Positions 1 through 11,829 are shown, counted from the stretch's first letter. The stretch: DNA of 64,000 nt from Octopus sinensis (GCF_006345805.1 NC_043000.1:54622001-54686000), one strand, 5' to 3'. Program-made: numbers and translations. The notes: a model not told the origin generated them from the sequence alone.

Positions 1-91
1 TAAAGAAAACCTCTCTCATATAGTGCTTGCTCATTCAACCCAAGAAAGTATGAGGGTAGAGACATTAAAAAATCAAATGCAAAGGTTATTT
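1..91 (-). repeat. Inverted partial copy of the ~551-bp array unit (segment downstream of the ribozyme)
   Basis: Reverse complement of 1-91 matches ~530-620 (AAATAACCTTTGCATTTG...GAGAGGTTTTCTTTA) nearly exactly; truncated by the window edge. Confidence 0.95.
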
Positions 92-477
92 TAGCTGCTA
101 TTTCTAACGAGTTCAGTATGCGGCAAAGTAATTTATTTTACTAAGCCCTTTTATATAATGTAATAATTTGAATTTGCCTTAAATGGTCCCTTTGCATACT
201 AATACTTGGTGAAATTGATTAATTAATTAATTAATTTTACCCTCAATTGTTGAAATTATAATCATCTCTCTCTCTACTTAATTGTCTTGGATTTTACCGA
301 AAAAAGGATAGTTTTTGCTGATTTTAACCCCGCTGGTGGAAGGGGAGAACAGAAATTTTTCTCTTGCATATTTGAGTTAGCTAGCACTGTTAGTCGGGAA
401 CAGATCTTCAGAAGCGATAACAAGCCGAAAGGGTATGCTCCCATTTTCAGTGTTTTCAAACTCAAACAAGGGCATTC

Positions 478-529
478 TGAGCTGATGAGAGAAGGGTCGA
501 ACTTGGCTTCTTTGAAACGTACGTACTCA
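478..529 (+). ncRNA. Type I hammerhead ribozyme, array unit 1 (variant stem II 3' side)
   Basis: UGAG-CUGAUGA-GAGA..loop..-GAAA-C GUAC G-UA/CUCA; predicted cleavage after A525; the 3' side of stem II reads GGCUUCUUU instead of GGCUAAUCUU. Confidence 0.8.
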
Positions 530-1029
530 AATAACCTTTGCATTTGATTTTTTAATGTCTCTACCCTCATACTTTCTTGGGTTGAATTGAGCAAGCACTA
601 TATGAGAGAGGTTTTCTTTAAGTGTTAGAAATAGTTTTTTTTAGCTGCTATTTCTAACGAGTTCAGTATGCGGCAAAGTAATTTATTTTACTAAGCCCTT
701 TTATATAATGTAATAATTTGAATTTGCCTTAAATGGTCCCTTTGCATACGAATACTTGGTGAAATTGATTAATTAATTAATTAATTTTACCCTCAATTGT
801 TGAAATTATAATTCATCTCTCTCTACTTAATTGTCTTGGATTTTACCGAAAAAAAGGATAGTGTTTGCTGATTTTAACCCACGCTGGTGGAAAGGGGAGA
901 ACAGAAATTTTTCTCTTGCATATTTGAGTTAGCTAGCACTGTTAGTTGGGAACAGATCTTCAGAAGCGATAACAAGCCGAAAGGGTATGCTCCCATTTTC
1001 AGTGTTTTCAAACTCAAACAAGGGCATTC

Positions 1030-1082
1030 TGAGCTGATGAGAGAAGGGTCGAACTTGGCTAATCTTGAAACGTACGTACTCA
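1030..1082 (+). ncRNA. Type I hammerhead ribozyme, array unit 2
   Basis: Stem I UGAG/CUCA, core CUGAUGA and GAAA, stem II GAGA/UCUU, stem III AC-GUAC-GU, GUA triplet; cleavage after A1078. Confidence 0.88.
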
Positions 1083-1580
1083 AATAACCTTTGCATTTGA
1101 TTTTTTATGTCTCTACCCTCATACTTTCTGGGTTGAATTGAGCAAGCACTATATGAGAGAGGTTTTCTTTAAGTGTTAGAAATAGTTTTTTTTAGCTGCT
1201 ATTTCTAACGAGTTCAGTATGCGGCAAAGTAATTTATTTTACTAAGCCCTTTTATATAATTAATAATTTGAATTTGCCTTAAATGGTCCCTTTGCATACT
1301 GAATACTTGGTGAAATTGATTAATTAATTAATTAATTTTACCCTCAATTGTTGAAATTATAATTCATCTCTCTCTACTTAATTGTCTTGGATTTTACCGA
1401 AAAAAAGGATAGTGTTTGCTGATTTTAACCCACGCTGGTGGAAAGGGGAGAACAGAAATTTTTCTCTTGCATATTTGAGTTAGCTAGCACTGTTAGTTGG
1501 GAACAGATCTTCAGAAGCGATAACAAGCCGAAAGGTTATGCTCCCATTTTCAGTGTTTTCAAACTCAAACAAGGGCATTC

Positions 1581-1633
1581 TGAGCTGATGAGAGAAGGGT
1601 CGAACTTGGCTAATCTTGAAACGTACGTACTCA
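1581..1633 (+). ncRNA. Type I hammerhead ribozyme, array unit 3
   Basis: Same motif as unit 2; cleavage after A1629. Confidence 0.88.
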
Positions 1634-2136
1634 AATAACCTTTGCATTTGATTTTTTAATGTCTCTACCCCCATACTTTCTTGGGTTGAATTGAGCAAGC
1701 ACTATATGAGAGAGGTTTTCTTTAAGGTTAGAAAATAGTTTTTTTTAGCTGCTATTTCTAACGAGTTCAGTATGCGGCAAAGTAATTTATTTTACTAAGC
1801 CCTTTTATATAATGTAATAATTTGAATTTGCCTTAAATGGTCCCTTTGCATACTGAATACTTGGTGAAATTGATTAATTAATTAATTAATTTTACCCTCA
1901 ATTGTTGAAATTATAATTCATCTCTCTCTACTTAATTGTCTTGGATTTTACCGAAAAAAAAAAGGATAGTGTTTGCTGATTTTAACCCACGCTGGTGGAA
2001 AGGGGAGAACAGAAATTTTTCTCTTGCATATTTGATTAGCTAGCACTGTTAGTTGGGAACAGATCTTCAGAAGCGATAACAAGCCGAAAGGGTATGCTCC
2101 CATTTTCAGTGTTTTCAAACTCAAACAAGGGCATTC

Positions 2137-2189
2137 TGAGCTGATGAGAGAAGGGTCGAACTTGGCTAATCTTGAAACGTACGTACTCA
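2137..2189 (+). ncRNA. Type I hammerhead ribozyme, array unit 4
   Basis: Same motif as unit 2; cleavage after A2185. Confidence 0.88.
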
Positions 2190-2681
2190 AATAACCTTTG
2201 CATTTGATTTTTTAATGTCTCTACCCTCATACTTTCTGGGTTGAATTGAGCAAGCACTATATGAGAGAGGTTTTCTTTAAGTGTTAGAAATAGTTTTTTT
2301 TAGCTGCTATTTCTAACGAGTTCAGTATGCGGCAAAGTAATTTATTTTACTAAGCCCTTTTATATAATGTAATAATTTGATTTGCCTTAAATGGTCCCTT
2401 TGCATACTGATACTTGGTGAAATTGATTAATTAATTAATTAATTTTACCCTCAATTGTTTGAATTAATAATTCATCTCTCTCTACTTAATTGTCTTGGAT
2501 TTTACCGAAAAAAAGGATAGTGTTTGCTGATTTTAACCCACGCTGGTGGAAGGGGAGAACAGAAATTTTTCTCTTGCATATTTGAGTTAGCTAGCACTGT
2601 TAGTTGGAACATCTTCAGAAGCGATAACAGCCGAAGGGTATGCTCCCATTTTCAGTGTTTTCAAACTCAACAAGGGCATTC

Positions 2682-2734
2682 TGAGCTGATGAGAGAAGGG
2701 TCGAACTTGGCTAATCTTGAAACGTACGTACTCA
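2682..2734 (+). ncRNA. Type I hammerhead ribozyme, array unit 5
   Basis: Same motif as unit 2; cleavage after A2730. Confidence 0.88.
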
Positions 2735-3003
2735 AATAACCTTTGCATTTGATTTTTTAATGTCTCTACCCTCAACTTTCTTGGGTTGAATGAGCAAGCA
2801 CTATATGAGAGAGGTTTTCTTAAGTGTTGAAATAGTTTTTTTACTGCTATTTCTAACGAGTTCAGTATGCGGCAAAGTAATTTATTTTACTAAGCCCTTT
2901 TATATAATGTAATAATTTGAATTTGCCTTAAATGGTCCCTTTGCATACTGAATACTTGGTGAAATTGATTATTAATTAATTAATTTTACCCTCAATTGTT
3001 GAA

Positions 3004-3035
<32 letters not shown>

Positions 3036-3065
3036 ATTTGTTTGTATGTATATATGTATGTGTGT

Positions 3066-3227
3066 ACGACGGGCTTCTTTCAGATTTCGTCTACCAAGTC
3101 CAACAAGAAGACTGGTCGTCCCAAGGCTATAGTAGAGGGCACCTGCCCAAGGTTCCACGCAGTGGAATTGAACCCGATACCACATGGATGGGAAGTAAAC
3201 TTCTTACCACACAGCCACAACTGCGCC
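3066..3227 (-). mobile_element. tRNA-derived SINE, 5' part
   Basis: Minus strand starts GGCGCAGTTGTGGCTGTGTGGTAAG (A-box-like) with GGTTCAATTCC (B-box-like); homologous to 30534-30941. Confidence 0.8.
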
Positions 3228-3249
3228 GATATATATATGACTGATAACG

Positions 3250-5050
3250 AAGATGAGAGTGGAGATTTATTCACATCCAAAACATTTTATTAAAATCTTT
3301 TCTACAATATATTCAACACTGACCTACATATTGTTTCGACTGCAGAGACTGCACATTGCTCTGTAGGCAGTTATGTATCCTAGTCGCTCAAATTCATGTG
3401 TGTGTGTCCCCCAAAGTGCTGTGAAAGGACATATTGGCATACTGAATAGGCTTGCTATAGCATGAATGAAATCAACGATTTAGGCCGTTTCAGCTCAATC
3501 ATTATGAACAAACTGTACACAGACTGACTCAACCAGTTCCTCTATGATCATTCTGAGTTCATAGATGTAGAGGCCGATGAACTGATAGATAGAAAGTAAG
3601 AATTGTGAAAATGTGCGGACTGTTGGGCGAATTGTTGATAAAGAAAGTTGTATTGCTTGAGGTAAGGATAGAGCGTAAACACCTTGCGACAGTATGACTT
3701 TATGAAAGGAAAGTATTCGACTCTATTCCCCAATCATGTCTGCGGAATTACATTTGGCAAAAATACCTGATATGTTTGCTTGTGCCTTTGATCAGAAGTT
3801 CAAAAACCCTTGTGCACCAATATTCACACTTGTAACTCTGTTTATTTTGGCATTAAATCCATTATCATTTCTACTACGAATACTCAATGGTCACTTGCTA
3901 AGGTCTGCAACAGCTAGAGAGACCAATGTAACCCAAACTTCAATTGTGGATAACATGAAGATCTTAACCAAAACTATTTCCCATGCCAAGAAACAGCCGA
4001 AGTTACTGGCAACATTTTCAGTTGAGACAAGAAAGGAATTTGGCAAAGAGAAGTGTTTGTATTCGATTGTAGTGCGTGGAAAATCAGTCACACGACCACA
4101 AACCCAAAGCCTTTACATCGCTGGTTTCTTGTTATCTTCTGCCCCCCCCCCAAAAAAAACCGCGCTACTTCAAATAATAAAGCATTGTTAAAAGCATATC
4201 ATTCGAATGAAAATATTTTGATACGGGAATATTACACCAGACTAAGACAATATGGCAGTCGGAACATTCGTCTAAGATAAAGAGAGTAAATTGCGATACA
4301 TTTGCAGCAAGAGTGTTGAGACAAACGATTTAGATACGCAACTGATCGATAGAGGATGTTCACTCTGTAAACATTAATATCCAGAAGGTCCTCATATTAA
4401 CTGAAAACTTCCAAAGCAACAGTGATATCAACAGGTACTACCTACAATGAAATGAAGAAGTTCCAGGCTTAAGTTCAGTGTAAACAGCGTTGTGTAGTCT
4501 CTCTGAATAAACAAAAGCATCAAAAATATCATTCATTTATGACCTACCAATTCAATGCCTCATTGTCTCCAGAATATACAAAGCCATCCGAAAACGAGAA
4601 TGTCCTGGAATAAATATAGAGACGTCATATTTCATTGAATAAACTCACGCATCTGTATATATAAACATCAACAGAAGGAATATTGGTGGAACGTTCCTCT
4701 AAAATCTTCAACCAGGTGAACATATAACACCTCGCATATCGTTGTACAGGTATGAAAAGTGTCTGACATCACGGATATCAGCTGGCTGTCCGATATTAAT
4801 GTCGTTTCGATAATCAGAAAGAGATTGGATAATTATGGAGAACTGCTTCGACAACTTTAGCCACTATACCCAGATTATAACTCCACATCACTAAGAATAA
4901 TAAATATCTTAGTGACAATCAGTAAAACTAGGATTCTCACAAATATTAAACAGCTAACATGCACATTACAAATATTGTAACCGGAATAGTAAACAAATCA
5001 AGAGAAATCTGTCAAGCTTAGCATGTGAAATTGTTTTTCTCTACATTCCA
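3250..5050 (-). pseudogene. Decayed Penelope-like retroelement (RT and downstream region)
   Basis: Minus-strand hand translation gives EFIQ*NMTSLY (RT motif D-x-T-S-L-Y, ~4600-4640), MYRN (LYRDD-like, ~4285), GFNAK..TSVNIGAQ and IKSYC (FNPP..TNIG..KVSYSC-like); many stops and frameshifts. Boundaries approximate. Confidence 0.5.
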
Positions 5051-5263
5051 GCGATGGAGCTTTGTGTCATTGTTAGAGACCAGCTCCTTCCCTGCTGGAG
5101 ATCCAAAGTAGTAAAAACTAGAAGTGTAGATCTATCTATCTATCTCTCCATATATATATACATAAGTGCGTGTGCGTGTGTGTACGCGCGTATTTGTGTA
5201 TGTATGTACATGCATATGTGCATGTGTGTGGTGGTGTGTAAATGTATACACACATACACACAT

Positions 5264-5324
<61 letters not shown>

Positions 5325-5346
5325 ATATATATATAATATATATATA

Positions 5347-5550
5347 ACGGGAAGTTTTACGAAAATAAACAAAAGACGAAGGCAGGTGGAGTACAAACAA
5401 ACAATGTATTAGTATGGCGCTCAGGAATAGAAATAAAATCTTTTACGTTTCGAGCCTACGCTCTTCGACAGAAAGATACACAGAAAAGAAACAAGGAGAG
5501 AAACAAGGAGAGTAAAAAAATGCGTGTAGGGGCTAACGATCCAACATGGA
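5347..5550 (-). mobile_element. Short non-autonomous PLE pLTR-like element with minimal HHR (family F2)
   Basis: Begins at a (TA)n tract, contains the HHR at 5438-5477 and is related to the F1 copies. Confidence 0.6.
5438..5477 (-). ncRNA. Minimal type I HHR with variant core CUGUCGA
   Basis: AUCUUU-CUGUCGA-A-GAGC GUAG GCUC-GAAACGUA/AAAGAU: 6-bp stem I and 4-bp stem II; A6 replaced by U. Confidence 0.65.
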
Positions 5551-6230
5551 TATTGTGGGATGTATAAGTAAACAAAAAAATCTTGTTTGAGTCTATGGTA
5601 GAAATGAGATTAATTGAAATATAAACGACAATATAAGCACATGCTTTGTCATGGAAATTGCTTCTTTGTTTTTGTTCTGAGATGACATAAAATTTCTTAA
5701 ATCATCATAATAGATTTAATATTGACATAGACCTGTGGTGAAAATTCATTGCTATAAATTCTGAGTACTTCATTTGCTTACTTTTGTCATATGGTTTCAT
5801 TATCATTAGCTGATATTACTATTTCATGTTTAGAATCGTTTAGCAATTTCTCTCTATAGGAATCAATCTATCCACTGGAATCTTTTTTGTTTATATACGG
5901 TTTATGATTTCCCTATGCTGCTTCTGTATAGTAGAATGAATTAAATGTATAATGAAAGTTTTCATTCAACAAAAGCGATTATACATTTACATGAAACCGT
6001 ACATATCATTAACGCAATTATAATGCAATATCTTTGATATGAACAATAAGATATATCAAGTACATAGCCAATTATCAATGTGACAACAGATATGTCATTC
6101 AATGAACATTTTGGTGTGGCAGAAGAACGAGCATACAATCTCTTCACTATTTGTGCTTAGATGTCAATTTCCCAAAAAAAATTTGTAACCTACAGCTGTA
6201 TATTGTCATTTTCTTTCTTTTTTCTTTTTT

Positions 6231-6345
6231 CTTTTACTTGTTTCCGTAATTTGACTGCGGCCATGCTGCAGCACCATCTTTAGTCGAGTAAATCGATCCC
6301 AGAACTTATTCTTGGTAAGCCTAGTACTGATTCTATCGGTTTCTA
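6231..6345 (-). mobile_element. SINE 3' fragment
   Basis: TTTTACTTGTTT..TTTGACTGCGGCCATGCTGCAGCACC..AGTCGAGTAAATCGATCCCAG matches ~30550-30650. Confidence 0.7.
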
Positions 6346-6511
6346 TTAAATAAATACTATTATTAACTTTGTTCATATGAAAAAAGATTAAGAAATGTTA
6401 TCTTGATATTCTACACTTCGGGATTGGGCAAAGATTGAGCATTTTACAGATATGCTAAATAGCCTCGTTCGAATTCTAAACCGGTATAAGAACAAGATAT
6501 AACCTTTCATC

Positions 6512-6572
6512 AGGCGGTGCTACAGCATGGCCACAGTCAAATGACTGAAAGAAGTAAAAGAAAAATAAAAGA
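6512..6572 (+). mobile_element. SINE 3' tail fragment
   Basis: GGCGGTGCTACAGCATGGCCACAGTCAAATGACTGAAAGAAGTAAAAG is the reverse complement of the same family end. Confidence 0.65.
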
Positions 6573-7164
6573 AAAAAGATAAATGTTGAAGGAATTTTCG
6601 AAGGTAATATATTTAAAACAGAATTATGACGATGCTCTTAATGTTGCAGAATAAGCACATGGAAATATGATATTCCTGTACCGAGACAATCGTTTCTGTT
6701 ATGAGGGACACTGCGCATTGGACTGAATTATTCAGTGCGTATATTTCCAGGCAGTGCGCTTTAGTTTTGAAGGAGATACAGATTCACCAGTTACCAAACG
6801 AAGGCTCCTACATTTAAATATTCATGCAAACCAATGGAAAAAGTTTAAGGTTAAGCGAATTTAAATCTTATTTCGTATCTTACTTGGATCTTATGCTAAG
6901 TTATTCTTCCATAGCTGGTCCAATTAAAGGAGAGGAAACCACGCGGTGTCGATCATATCTATACATATACATACATACGTTCATACATACATAAACACAT
7001 ACATACATGCATACGCACGTAAAACTCACGCAAGCAAAAACATATATTTAAAGATATATGTAGATGTGTAGGTATATGTGTGTCTGGCTGTCTGAATGTC
7101 TGTCTCTGTCTGTTTGTCTGTATTTTCTACAAAATATGTCTCCACAGATAACAATATTTGTAAA

Positions 7165-7345
7165 TATTGTTATCTTTTGGCTGCTATTTCTAAAATTTTC
7201 GGTATGTGGTCAAGCAACTTGTTGCTAAACCCTTATTGTTATAATTATATATATAAAAACCTTTTTGTATAAGTTTTTACCGAATATGGTACTTTTCCAT
7301 ACCGAAAAACTACTAGGTGTAATTTGTGAATTTTATTAAATTAAT
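7165..7345 (+). repeat. Diverged relative of the head of the 551-bp array unit
   Basis: TTTTGGCTGCTATTTCTAAAATTTTCGGTATGTGGTCAAGCAAC..CTAAACCCTT aligns by eye with TTTTAGCTGCTATTTCTAACGAGTTCAGTATGCGGCAAAGTAA..CTAAGCCCTT. Confidence 0.55.
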
Positions 7346-7347
7346 CA

Positions 7348-7545
7348 TATTGAAACACAAAGAGAAAACACAACAACCCGAGGACGTGGAACAAATATAG
7401 TATTATTGGGCGCCCAGGAAGGAAGGGAAGAAGGAGGGGTTTACGTTTCGAGCGGAGCTCTTCGTCAGAAACATAGGAAAAGGAAAGATCCAGAGAAGGG
7501 AAGATGGAGGAAAAAAACCGCCAACGGTACACACGCGGTCACATT
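7348..7545 (-). mobile_element. Family F1 pLTR-like element with minimal HHR at 7438-7473
   Basis: Minus strand GUUU-CUGACGA-A-GAGC UCC GCUC-GAAACGUA-AAC; homologous to 40598-40760, 45010-45205 and 9015-9087. Confidence 0.75.
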
Positions 7546-7894
7546 TTGAATATATATATATATATATTTCAGTACGCACATGTATGATTGCCTGTCTGTA
7601 TTTCTGGACATATATTTGCGTGTGTATTTCTAGTTGTCTTACGCATGTCGTTTGATTGATAGCTAGTTAACAGTTAACTTTAGCTATCGCATAGAATTAT
7701 TTGGTAGTCTTTCAATTTATAAAGACGATTAGTTGTAGCATGGAAATTACAACTTAATTTTTAAGTTAGTCTTAACTATCGAACGATATTACTTTTAGAT
7801 GTAGCAATTATAAATATTGCTATATTAATTAGTAAGTGGTATAGGCTATACTACGCATTATATATATATATATATCTATATATATATATATATA

Positions 7895-7945
<51 letters not shown>

Positions 7946-7946
7946 A

Positions 7947-8238
7947 AAATATTAGGGATTATAACTCCAAACTTACAGGGAAAATTCACTTTAGTTTTAA
8001 ATCAAATTTCACAATATAAATATATAATATATATGAATTAGAGAAAAACCGCTATTATGCAATTCAAACAATGATAAACATAAACCAAATCATATTATAT
8101 CTAGTATATATTGTTTATTCGTTTTTGTACTTTTTTCTGATCTAGTTATATGTTTTAAAATATATTTCATTTTTTATTTATGATTTGGTTTATGTCTATC
8201 ATTGCTTGAATTGCATAATAGTGATTGTTCTCTAATTT
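7947..8238. repeat. A-B module repeat with internal ~60-bp inverted repeat
   Basis: 8036-8094 and 8179-8238 are reverse complements; the module recurs at 36306-36458, 37923-37981, 62828-62887 and 63601-63675. Confidence 0.75.
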
Positions 8239-8857
8239 ATATATGTGTGTGTGTGTGTGTGTGTATTTGAAAGAGGAGGGAAAGAATTTGTTTAATGGTA
8301 TTGCTAATCAATTTAAATTTTTAATTACATAATTTTGCAGGATGGATTGTAGATCTAGTAAGTTCTTGTTTAACTTCGGTGGGGAGATTTTTTTAAAGAT
8401 TCCTTGTTGATTTTCTGGAGAACTTCCTTGAATTTACCGGTGGCGATTGTCAATCTGAACTCAGGTTGTGTAGTGCTATATATAAGTGATTTGGTTGTCT
8501 GGGGTGAGGTTGGGTTTTGTTAATACGAGTGGGAGTAACGGAGTATTGATGAACAAAAGCTGAATAGTAAAATCAAGATAATAGATTGAGAGGGGAGTTG
8601 AGAGGTGGTAGAATGGTTAAGGAGTATTTTATGAAGGTCTTGTGAAAGTGTCCTGCAGCTGGTTCTATTTCTTAACATATAAACACACAAAACGTATACA
8701 TACATACATACAAACACACATGTAAATATATATATATATATTATATATATATATATACATATATATACGTATATATACATATGCACACATACATATATAT
8801 AAATACATACACACATATATATATATATACGTATATATACATATGCACACATACATA

Positions 8858-8889
<32 letters not shown>

Positions 8890-8890
8890 C

Positions 8891-8955
<65 letters not shown>

Positions 8956-8960
8956 ACATA

Positions 8961-9009
<49 letters not shown>

Positions 9010-9014
9010 TTAAT

Positions 9015-9087
9015 CCAAACAAGAAAACACAGAAAAAAAGAGAAAAAAACAGCAACGCGAGGACGTGGAACATTAAAGTATTATTGA
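9015..9087 (-). repeat. Truncated F1 copy lacking the HHR
   Basis: AACAAGAAAACACAG..CAACGCGAGGACGTGGAACA..GTATTATTG matches 7350-7410 and the reverse complement of 45135-45200. Confidence 0.7.
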
Positions 9088-9419
9088 CAATTAAGGTATT
9101 ATATACCTACATACACATGCATACATACCTATCTACACTAGTCAAGTATTTAAGTTTACATATACATTGGGAGGAGGGCGAATAGTAAAGTGACACTGCA
9201 CCTCCGAGGTTTGTTCTTCTCTTCAACAATCGAATGATTGAAAATGTGGGTGTCATCGACTTCTATTTGGATATGTGCAACTTTTTAAATCAAAAAGAGA
9301 ATCGTGTTATTGGAGGTGGGGTTTGGAATATCATGTTTTTTTTTGTGCAGTAGTCTTTGTACTTTCTAATAAAGAATTCTTCTTTATGTTTCCGAAAATG
9401 TTGGGTGTCAGGGATAGAA

Positions 9420-10050
9420 GCCACGAAGACCTGCAAAGATTTCATTCCATCGTAAGCACGTTTCAGGATATACTTATCATTAAAGAAGGGGGGAAATCTA
9501 AAAAGACCTATTTTGCAAACCAACAGGCACCCACCAATACTTAAATTTCCGATCAGCAACATTCTCTTTCATATGGCAAGAAGTATCTGCACCATAATAA
9601 CACATCCACACTACAGAAAAAGGAGATTATATGAACTAAGATGGTATCTTAAAAGAGAAGAATATTCGGTGAACCTCATCAATACGGCTATCTCCATGGC
9701 CTAGAGCATTCCAGTGACAACACTGGGAAAAAACCCAACAAAATAGAAAAGAAAAACAGTTATCCTTTCGTCGTTGCCCATAAACCAAGGAATTTCAGCA
9801 GTGCGAGAGCCGCTAAAAAATATCTCCCAATTATCCAGCAAACCTCCAAATGAATGCACTCATAAAAGACTGACAAATAATATGTAGCTGACGATAAGCA
9901 CCTAACCTAAAAAAAAAAAGAATACTCACCGATGCGTAATTTACGTTGAAAATTGAAACAATAAAAATTAATGTCATAAAATAAGTACCGGATATAAAGA
10001 TACAATATAAGGATAAACGAAGGAATTCATAACAAAAGCTAATTAAAAAT
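9420..10050 (+). pseudogene. Penelope-like RT C-terminal/thumb relic
   Basis: Translates to ..CKPTGTHQYL.. and HPPILKFPISNILFHMARSICTIITHPHYRKRRLYELRWYLKREEYSVNLINTAI, typical of the PLE post-RT region (KPT..QYL..S.HP..IP...ARRIC.I). Confidence 0.65.
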
Positions 10051-10059
10051 AATTTAAAA

Positions 10060-11800
10060 ATTTAAATACGATAAAGATACCATTGGAAATGGTCTTACAA
10101 TATATTTGTAAGATATATTATTACAGGCACAGATATGTATAGAATCATAACTGTTTTCAAGGGGTTATTTACTATACTTAAGGGAGGCATAGGATCTAGT
10201 AATCCATTGTATATATACTCATTATGACTGATAGGAAAGAAAGTCTTAGGACCGATAGGAAAATAGCGTAATCTGAGTATAGGAGAAATTCAGATTAAAG
10301 AGGTAGGTGTTATAAGAGAAAAATATTACATAAAAATTCCATACAAAACAGGGTATGTTATGAAGAATATGACACCCTAGAAAAGTTTTGTTACCAAACT
10401 ATAGTATAATAAGTATATTATTGGCTTCTAAAATATTTGAATGTACGGGTGATTCTATGCACACAAGATACCCTAAGACAAGGAACGTAATCTCCTGATT
10501 ATATCCTGCTTTAGAAACAGCAGAGTTATGGTAGTGGAAGTATGAATCAATTATACCCCATTAGCTGATAATTATGTAATTCGTCTCGAAATTCCTTATA
10601 TTACCAATTTTAATATATTAGGGTGATGGTTAGCGGATTTGCTCACATACCTAGTAACTTTCTAGAAATGAGGTATCAGCTGGAGTTTATAAAAGTAGTT
10701 TATAAAAGTACCCCAATCTTATGGCTTAGATTGTTTGCCTTCTTCTGTTATTGAGTCCTTGAATAAGTTTTATAGTTTTAATATTTTAGTAAATAAATTT
10801 TGCTAAGTTAAGATGCACCCCGCCCATATTCCTAATTCCCACACTTAGATCTCTATGTGACCTCCTTTTTCCATTTTGATACCAATTTTAGTTGATAATG
10901 GTAATATCTTAAGCCACCCCTGCTCCTCCTCTTTCTGTGTATCACCTCACCTTTATATCATTATCTTACTAGCATTTTCTGAGACATATCCTTTTATGTA
11001 GATTTGGCTGCTATGTTGGTCATATTGAAACAGGGTAGGGAAGAGGATCTGAAATTAATTAATTTATCAATAACAAGAACTTAACTGTTAATTCCTAATT
11101 GTTTTGATGCTAAGGGGGTGTGGACTGCTCAAGTCTACTGAACGTGATAAGGATAAAAATGAATGTAGCTATATCACCATTCCTCTTTATTGAACCCCAT
11201 TATTTTCTTCTTCCTCTCTAAATCATAGTAGGCCTTGGGTATTTTTCCCTAAATGAAAAACAAATGTATTCTAATCTCTATTGCTGGTGAAAAATTTGCT
11301 AACAAAATTATAATCGAGTATTCTGTACGTTGGAAATCTATGTGGTCATAGGCATAAATGGTAATGTTTAAATTGGATCGATTAAGAGGAGCGTCTTGAA
11401 ACGGCCGTAATGCATTAATACCTGGACATCCTTATTACTGATTTGCTTTCTATTCATCTCTTTTCGAACTGTGCGAACGATACTGCACAGACTTAGTGTC
11501 TCGACTTAAGTAAGCTATAGAAAATAATTTCCCGAGAAATTCAAGATACTATTCAATTATTAACTCACACCGAATTAGGATAGATTTTTCTAACACAAAT
11601 AATCTTTCACAAATCAGCTCTTTGCATAATAATAAGTTGTTAAATACAAATCCACTTACTGAAATACTAACATTAATTTTGTTTATACTAACCATTCATG
11701 AAATAATAGTAACAGCGGGGTTATTGGTTCTGAAGTCAAGTCCAATCACATTCGTTTTCTTAGCAGTAATTCTAAGACTAAAACTCTATTTAACAATTTA
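10060..11800 (-). pseudogene. Decayed Penelope-like element, opposite orientation
   Basis: Minus strand gives NGVQ*RGMVI*LHSFL (Q..G.AMG-like RT motif, ~11160-11210) and YDSIHICACNNISYKYIVRPF near 10070-10150; heavily eroded. Confidence 0.4.
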
Positions 11801-11829
11801 AAATTACTTCCGGTTCTGACATCATTTTT

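Larger units (their letters stand above)
92..3005 (+). repeat. Head-to-tail tandem array: 5 full ~551-bp units plus a ~163-bp partial unit, each full unit with one hammerhead ribozyme (retrozyme-like / PLE pLTR-like)
   Basis: Unit head TAGCTGCTATTTCTAAC recurs at ~92, 642, 1193, 1746, 2301 and 2842; units differ mainly by 1-nt indels; array ends in (TA)n at ~3005. Confidence 0.95.

Noticed and set aside
340-420. Possible antisense HHR in the array unit (minus strand CUGAAGA-UCU..AGA-GAAA-AAUUUC)
   Set aside because: Core words are present but stem I cannot form (U opposite U) and stem II is only 3 bp; probably chance.
274-2775. 60-106 aa ORFs repeated on both strands of the 551-bp array
   Set aside because: No recognisable motif; lengths and frames change between units through indels; they overlap the ribozyme and look like by-products of a non-coding repeat.
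92-3005. CRISPR array or ordinary satellite DNA
   Set aside because: No unique spacers and no cas genes in a eukaryotic context; the conserved per-unit HHR argues against a featureless satellite.
3318-3400. Minus-strand GACU..AGUC-GAAACAAUAUGUA HHR-like relic
   Set aside because: No CUGANGA equivalent and no clear stem I; too decayed to call.
6480-6520. CUGAUGA on the minus strand
   Set aside because: It lies at the edge of a SINE tail fragment, with no GAAA or stems.
8520-9073. YI/CV-rich ORFs here and elsewhere (e.g. 13517-13807, 29447-30320, 32195-32602, 37974-38342, 45516-45977)
   Set aside because: Translations of (TA)n, (CA)n, (AAT)n and (GAT/GAA)n microsatellites.
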